From contig CM035362.1 in assembly GCA_020137815.1 (NCBI GenBank), positions 6,200,001-6,264,000 of the forward strand: a stretch of DNA of 64,000 bases, read 5' to 3'. Under the pieces are notes generated by a model. It did not search any database and was not told the DNA's origin. It was given only the letters and a program-made list of their open reading frames with translations. Below are positions 60,253-64,000 of the stretch, in pieces; within the stretch, counting starts at the first letter, position 1, and each line of letters begins with the position of its first letter. Origin of the DNA: Hormiphora californensis (Eukaryota; Animalia; Ctenophora). Made by a program: the position numbers and the translations under genes.

Positions 60253-60369
60253 AGTGCAGGATTACTAAAAGGAGATGCAGTTTAGAATGTTAAAAGTATT
60301 ATCCATCCAAAAAATAAACACGTTCGTCACAAATTTGAGGAAGGCATGAAGGTAAGTAAAGTCACCGGG

Positions 60370-60870
60370 GAGATCGTTATGCGCAACGAATGCGCAACGT
60401 GCAGCCAGTTCGTTGTTGTTTCGCTTTCACTTTAAACAGGCCACGAAACCGGAAGGCGGAAACACCCAGATTGTAACGGCACCCAGAAGCTTCGGCCAGC
60501 GTTAAAATATGGGTGTTTGGTGAATGCTGACAAACGGTTTTTTAGGGTTAGGGCTAAAGTAGAGTTAGGGTTAGGCTTGGGGTTTGGGTTGGGGTTAGGC
60601 CTTGACATTTCCTACCAGATAAACTTTGAATTAGCCAAAACGGTTGAGTGGTTTGGAGGTTAGAGCCAATTTAGTGAATCAAATTTTTTGGAAGCGCGCA
60701 CCTGTAAACAGGCCACCAAACACCCAGATCGTAAAGTGAAAGCGAAACAACAACGAACTGGTTGCGCGTCGCGCATTCGTTGCGCATAACGATCTCACCG
60801 GTGAGATTCATATGCGCAACGTTGCACAACGCGCAGCCAGTTCGTTGTTGTTTCGCTTACACTTTAACGG
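60370..60870. mobile_element. (TTAGGG)n-core element flanked by ~65-bp inverted repeats, with a third partial copy of the arm
   Basis: GAGATCGTTATGCGCAACGAATGCG...TTCGCTTTCACTTTA (60370-60434) and its reverse complement (60732-60797) enclose a copy of the 20133-20378 family. Confidence 0.7.
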
Positions 60871-61619
60871 CGCCTTGGCAAACGCCGCTGGGATAAGGCA
60901 GCGTCGCCGGGGTAAGGCAGCGCTTTTCAAAACGGCGCCCAGAAGCTTGGGGCGAAAGAAGAAAAAATTTTCAGCTTGGCTTTAAAAAAATCGGCGAGTT
61001 TGCTCGGATCCGACGCCGCGCATAAGGGTGTGGCGTTGTTAACATATATGTTCGCAAAAGGCAAGCTTCCCCTCGTCCGACCCGAAGTTGGAATCATATG
61101 GGTTTAGTTTGTCGAACCGGCAAGTTGCTAACATTTTCAAATCTTCACTACTTCTCAAATGATCCCATACTTTCAGTCTAATCCCAAAATCCTATTAAAA
61201 ATAGAGACAAAAATAACGGCACCAAACTGTGAAATGCCCTTGCATTAGTGCGAGTAGAATAAAATCAATTTTCTATCTAAAGGCCGAGTTTATAGCAAGA
61301 AAGGACTATTTTACAACGAATTCTCTGGTTAGTATGGTAACCAACTCCGTTGTCATGGTAAATCAATCGAACTCTATCGAGTTCTATCGCCAGCAACTGG
61401 ATGAAAATTTATCCATTTCATTATGCACAATGCACAGGCTTTGGTTACGAAGTTACCCCTTGCCAGCGTGTGCACGCGAAGGTCGCCCGGCGACAGAGTG
61501 TGAGGTGTCTTCGATACCAAGCACAGGCTTGTGTAACAAAAAGGGGCGTTTTTATAGCTTATTGTTCATCATAACCTGAAATAAATAATTTTCATTACTT
61601 TCAGTTTCACAAAGGCTCA

Positions 61620-62560
61620 AAGTTTGAATATCAAATTTGCCAAAATTGTGCAGGGGCCACCCCAAAATTAAGTAATTAATTAATTAATTTTGACTATTCC
61701 CACTTTCTGTAGATTATATTATATGTTTTATGCATGAAGAACATTCCTAGAAAGCTTCAAGTCGATATTTTAAGCAGAACGGAAAATATAATTTAGTGCA
61801 TGGGCAAACAAAATGGTGCAAGGGCACATGTTCAGGGGAAATTTGCACAAATTGTGCAAGGGCAAATTTTGATTAATTTGCCTATAATTAATTACCTAAT
61901 TGATATATTAATCATACGGCTCTTCTAGTACTCGTAGTTATGCTACTAGAACATGCATAGAAAGTTTCGTGTCAAAATATTAAACGGTGTGGACACAGTT
62001 CGATCATAAAATTGGTGCAAGGGCTGCCCTTGCACCATTTGCCCTTGCACATTGCCTGCCCTTGCACCAAATTCCATTTTTTGCACGGCTCTAACTAACT
62101 AATTAATTAATTTTGACTATTCCCACTTTTCGAACATCATCTTTTATGATTGAAGAACATTCCTACAAAGTTTCAAGTCGATATTTTAATCAGAACGGAA
62201 AATAGAATTTGGTGCAAGGGCGCGGTGCAAGGGACAGAACACGCAATGTGCAAGGGCACGGTGCCCTTGCACCATTTTTAATTACCTATAATTAATTAAT
62301 TAATTAAAAATTCAAAAATCCGCCAACGTCATGACACAAAGGAATACTACAAGAACATGCCTACAAAATTTCAAGTCGATATCTCAAACGGTGTGGCCAC
62401 AATCGTTGACATGTTTTTTGCCCCCCCCCCCCCCCCCCCCAAAAAAAAAGACCTTTCTTTGTTCTTAATAGGGCCGGCATTTTTGGGTTTTTGTGCAAGG
62501 GCAAAAATTTTTTTTTCTTTTTTTCGTTTTTTGCTGTTTTCTTCGGGTCGGAGGTGCCTG
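61620..62560. repeat. Internally repetitive interspersed element (TGCAAGGGC, AAGTTTCAAGTCGATAT modules), possibly Helentron-derived
   Basis: TAATTAATTTTGACTATTCCCACTTT at about 61680 and 62105; GAACAT...AAAGTTTCAAGTCGATAT about four times; TGCAAGGGC in both orientations. Confidence 0.55.
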
Positions 62561-62668
62561 CCGGCACCTAAATTTGTTCGCGCGTTACATTCAAGCGCCA
62601 CGTTTTGTTTTTTTTTAATTTCTGAAATTTCATGTTCTTTTTTATGTCGAGCTCCAACTTAAAATGGA

Positions 62669-63943
62669 ATGAAGGAGTGGGTGAAGAATGAAGTGAAGAC
62701 ATGGGTCGAGGAGATAGAACAACTGAGCGACATTGCCTGCAACGAACCCCAACTAGCTTATTCAGCCTACACAATCGGGTTGAGTAAGAAGTGGAACTAC
62801 TTGCTGCGGACAACACCAGGGATCGCTACAGAACTAGAGCCCATCGAGAAGGCAATCAGAGAGAAATTCCTCCCAGCTATCACAGGACAACCATTCATTC
62901 CTGATACGCTACGATCCATAATGGCACTTCCTACGAGAATGGGAGGGCTGGGTGTCGAAAACCCCTGTCACATGGCTGACCTGGAGTACCAGAACTCGCT
63001 GAAAGCGACAGAAGAACTTCAGAAGGCCATCCAGAAACAAGACGTAGAATATATACCGAATCCTGAGACTGAGAAAGCCATAGCCCTCAGCATCAAAACT
63101 GGCAAAGCTAATTATCACAAGGAATGCAGGGAAAAAATCGTTCAGTCAATCAAGCCAAGAGAGGCGAGGAACCTTGATCTACTCAGCGAGAAAGGGGCAT
63201 CAACATGGCTCACTTGTCTACCCCTAGAGTCATTGAAGCTCACACTCAATCGCCAGGAGTTCTTTGATTCAATCTCAGCACGATACGATCTCCCACTAGT
63301 GGGACAGCCGAGAGCAACACAGTGCGTTTGTGGGGAGGAAAACAGCATCGATCACTCCATGTCATGCAAACGCGGGGGATTTGTTGCGGTCAGACACGAT
63401 TGCGTTCGAGACTTTCTAACTGCGGAGCTGGACAAAGTGTGCTACGACACTAAGGCTGAACCCCACCTACTGGAAGTTAGAGGAGCAAAACTACCACCTG
63501 GGACCATTACAGAGGATGGAGCTCGCCTTGACATTCGAACGAGGGGATTCTGGGGACCAATGGACTGCACCTATTTTGACGTAAGGGTTTTTAACCCAAG
63601 GGCACAGTCTAATGAGACTCAGGATATCCCTCAAACGTATATCAAGCACGAGGAAGGGAAGAAGAAGAACTATCTACATCGCATTCTCGAGGTGGAAAAA
63701 GCTTCTTTTACTCCCCTCGTTATGTCAACGACCGGTGGACTTGGTCAAGAGTTCAGCAGAACTCTGAAGCAACTCGCAACCAAGAAATCGCGGAAAACTG
63801 GCTATACCTACCAGGAGTGTATTCGATACCTCCGTGTTCGTCTATCATTTTCAATGGTTCGCTCCATAACTTGTTCTATTAGGGGTTACAGAGGAAGGAA
63901 CAAGAATGATGGCTCTTCATCAGATCTGTACCATACATACTAG
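62669..63943 (+). mobile_element. 5'-truncated non-LTR retrotransposon with a restriction-like endonuclease (CRE-like clade); C-terminal 424 codons intact
   Basis: Post-RT region (ALPTRMGGLG, GASTWLTCLP), CCHC knuckle CVCGEENSIDHSMSC, RHD motif, and RLE motifs EPHL...ARLDIRTRGFW...YFDVRV...HEEGKKKNY...FTPLVMSTTGG. No RT core upstream; the 3' UTR runs off the window. Confidence 0.85.
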
Positions 63944-64000
63944 TCTTTAACTGTTGCATGTATTTTATGTGATTTTCTTCGTGTAGCCAGTCAGGCAAAA

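Noticed and set aside
1-64000. tRNA or rRNA genes
   Set aside because: No cloverleaf or rRNA-like sequence was recognised by eye; tRNAscan-SE or Infernal would be needed to exclude them.

Overview
Repeat-rich eukaryotic (animal) genomic DNA with short GT-AG introns. The repeat families resemble those I recall from cydippid ctenophores (Pleurobrachia/Hormiphora); this is recollection, not a search result. Genes reconstructed by hand: a 2-exon GT31 (beta-1,3-galactosyltransferase-like) gene (2490-5281, +); an 11-exon rhodopsin-class GPCR cut off at TM6 and largely missed by the ORF track (10662-13865, +); a frameshifted C2H2 zinc-finger gene (about 15040-17071, -); a 37-exon GRIP-domain golgin of the golgin-245/GOLGA4 type (20610-53091, +); and an orphan gene (59576-60252, -). 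Mobile DNA includes a degenerate LINE ORF1 (PHD+CCCH), a 5'-truncated CRE-like retrotransposon with a restriction-like endonuclease, many MITE/foldback elements (TA, TTAA, 3-bp and 9-bp target duplications), two Helentron/DINE-1-like elements and several satellites, one of 7.2 kb inside an intron. The most unusual signals are: (1) tandem duplications repeatedly anchored on splice junctions, leaving arrays of decoy donors and acceptors; (2) a ~110-bp CCAAT/CACGTG mini-element present as variably truncated copies between variable-length direct repeats, twice in frame inside coding exons; (3) intronic minisatellites built from RFX X-box motifs; (4) Helentron-like elements whose subterminal repeats and terminal hairpins co-vary; (5) a candidate mutually exclusive exon pair (356 aa vs 13 aa) in the golgin. 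Several stretches look like low-quality long-read consensus.
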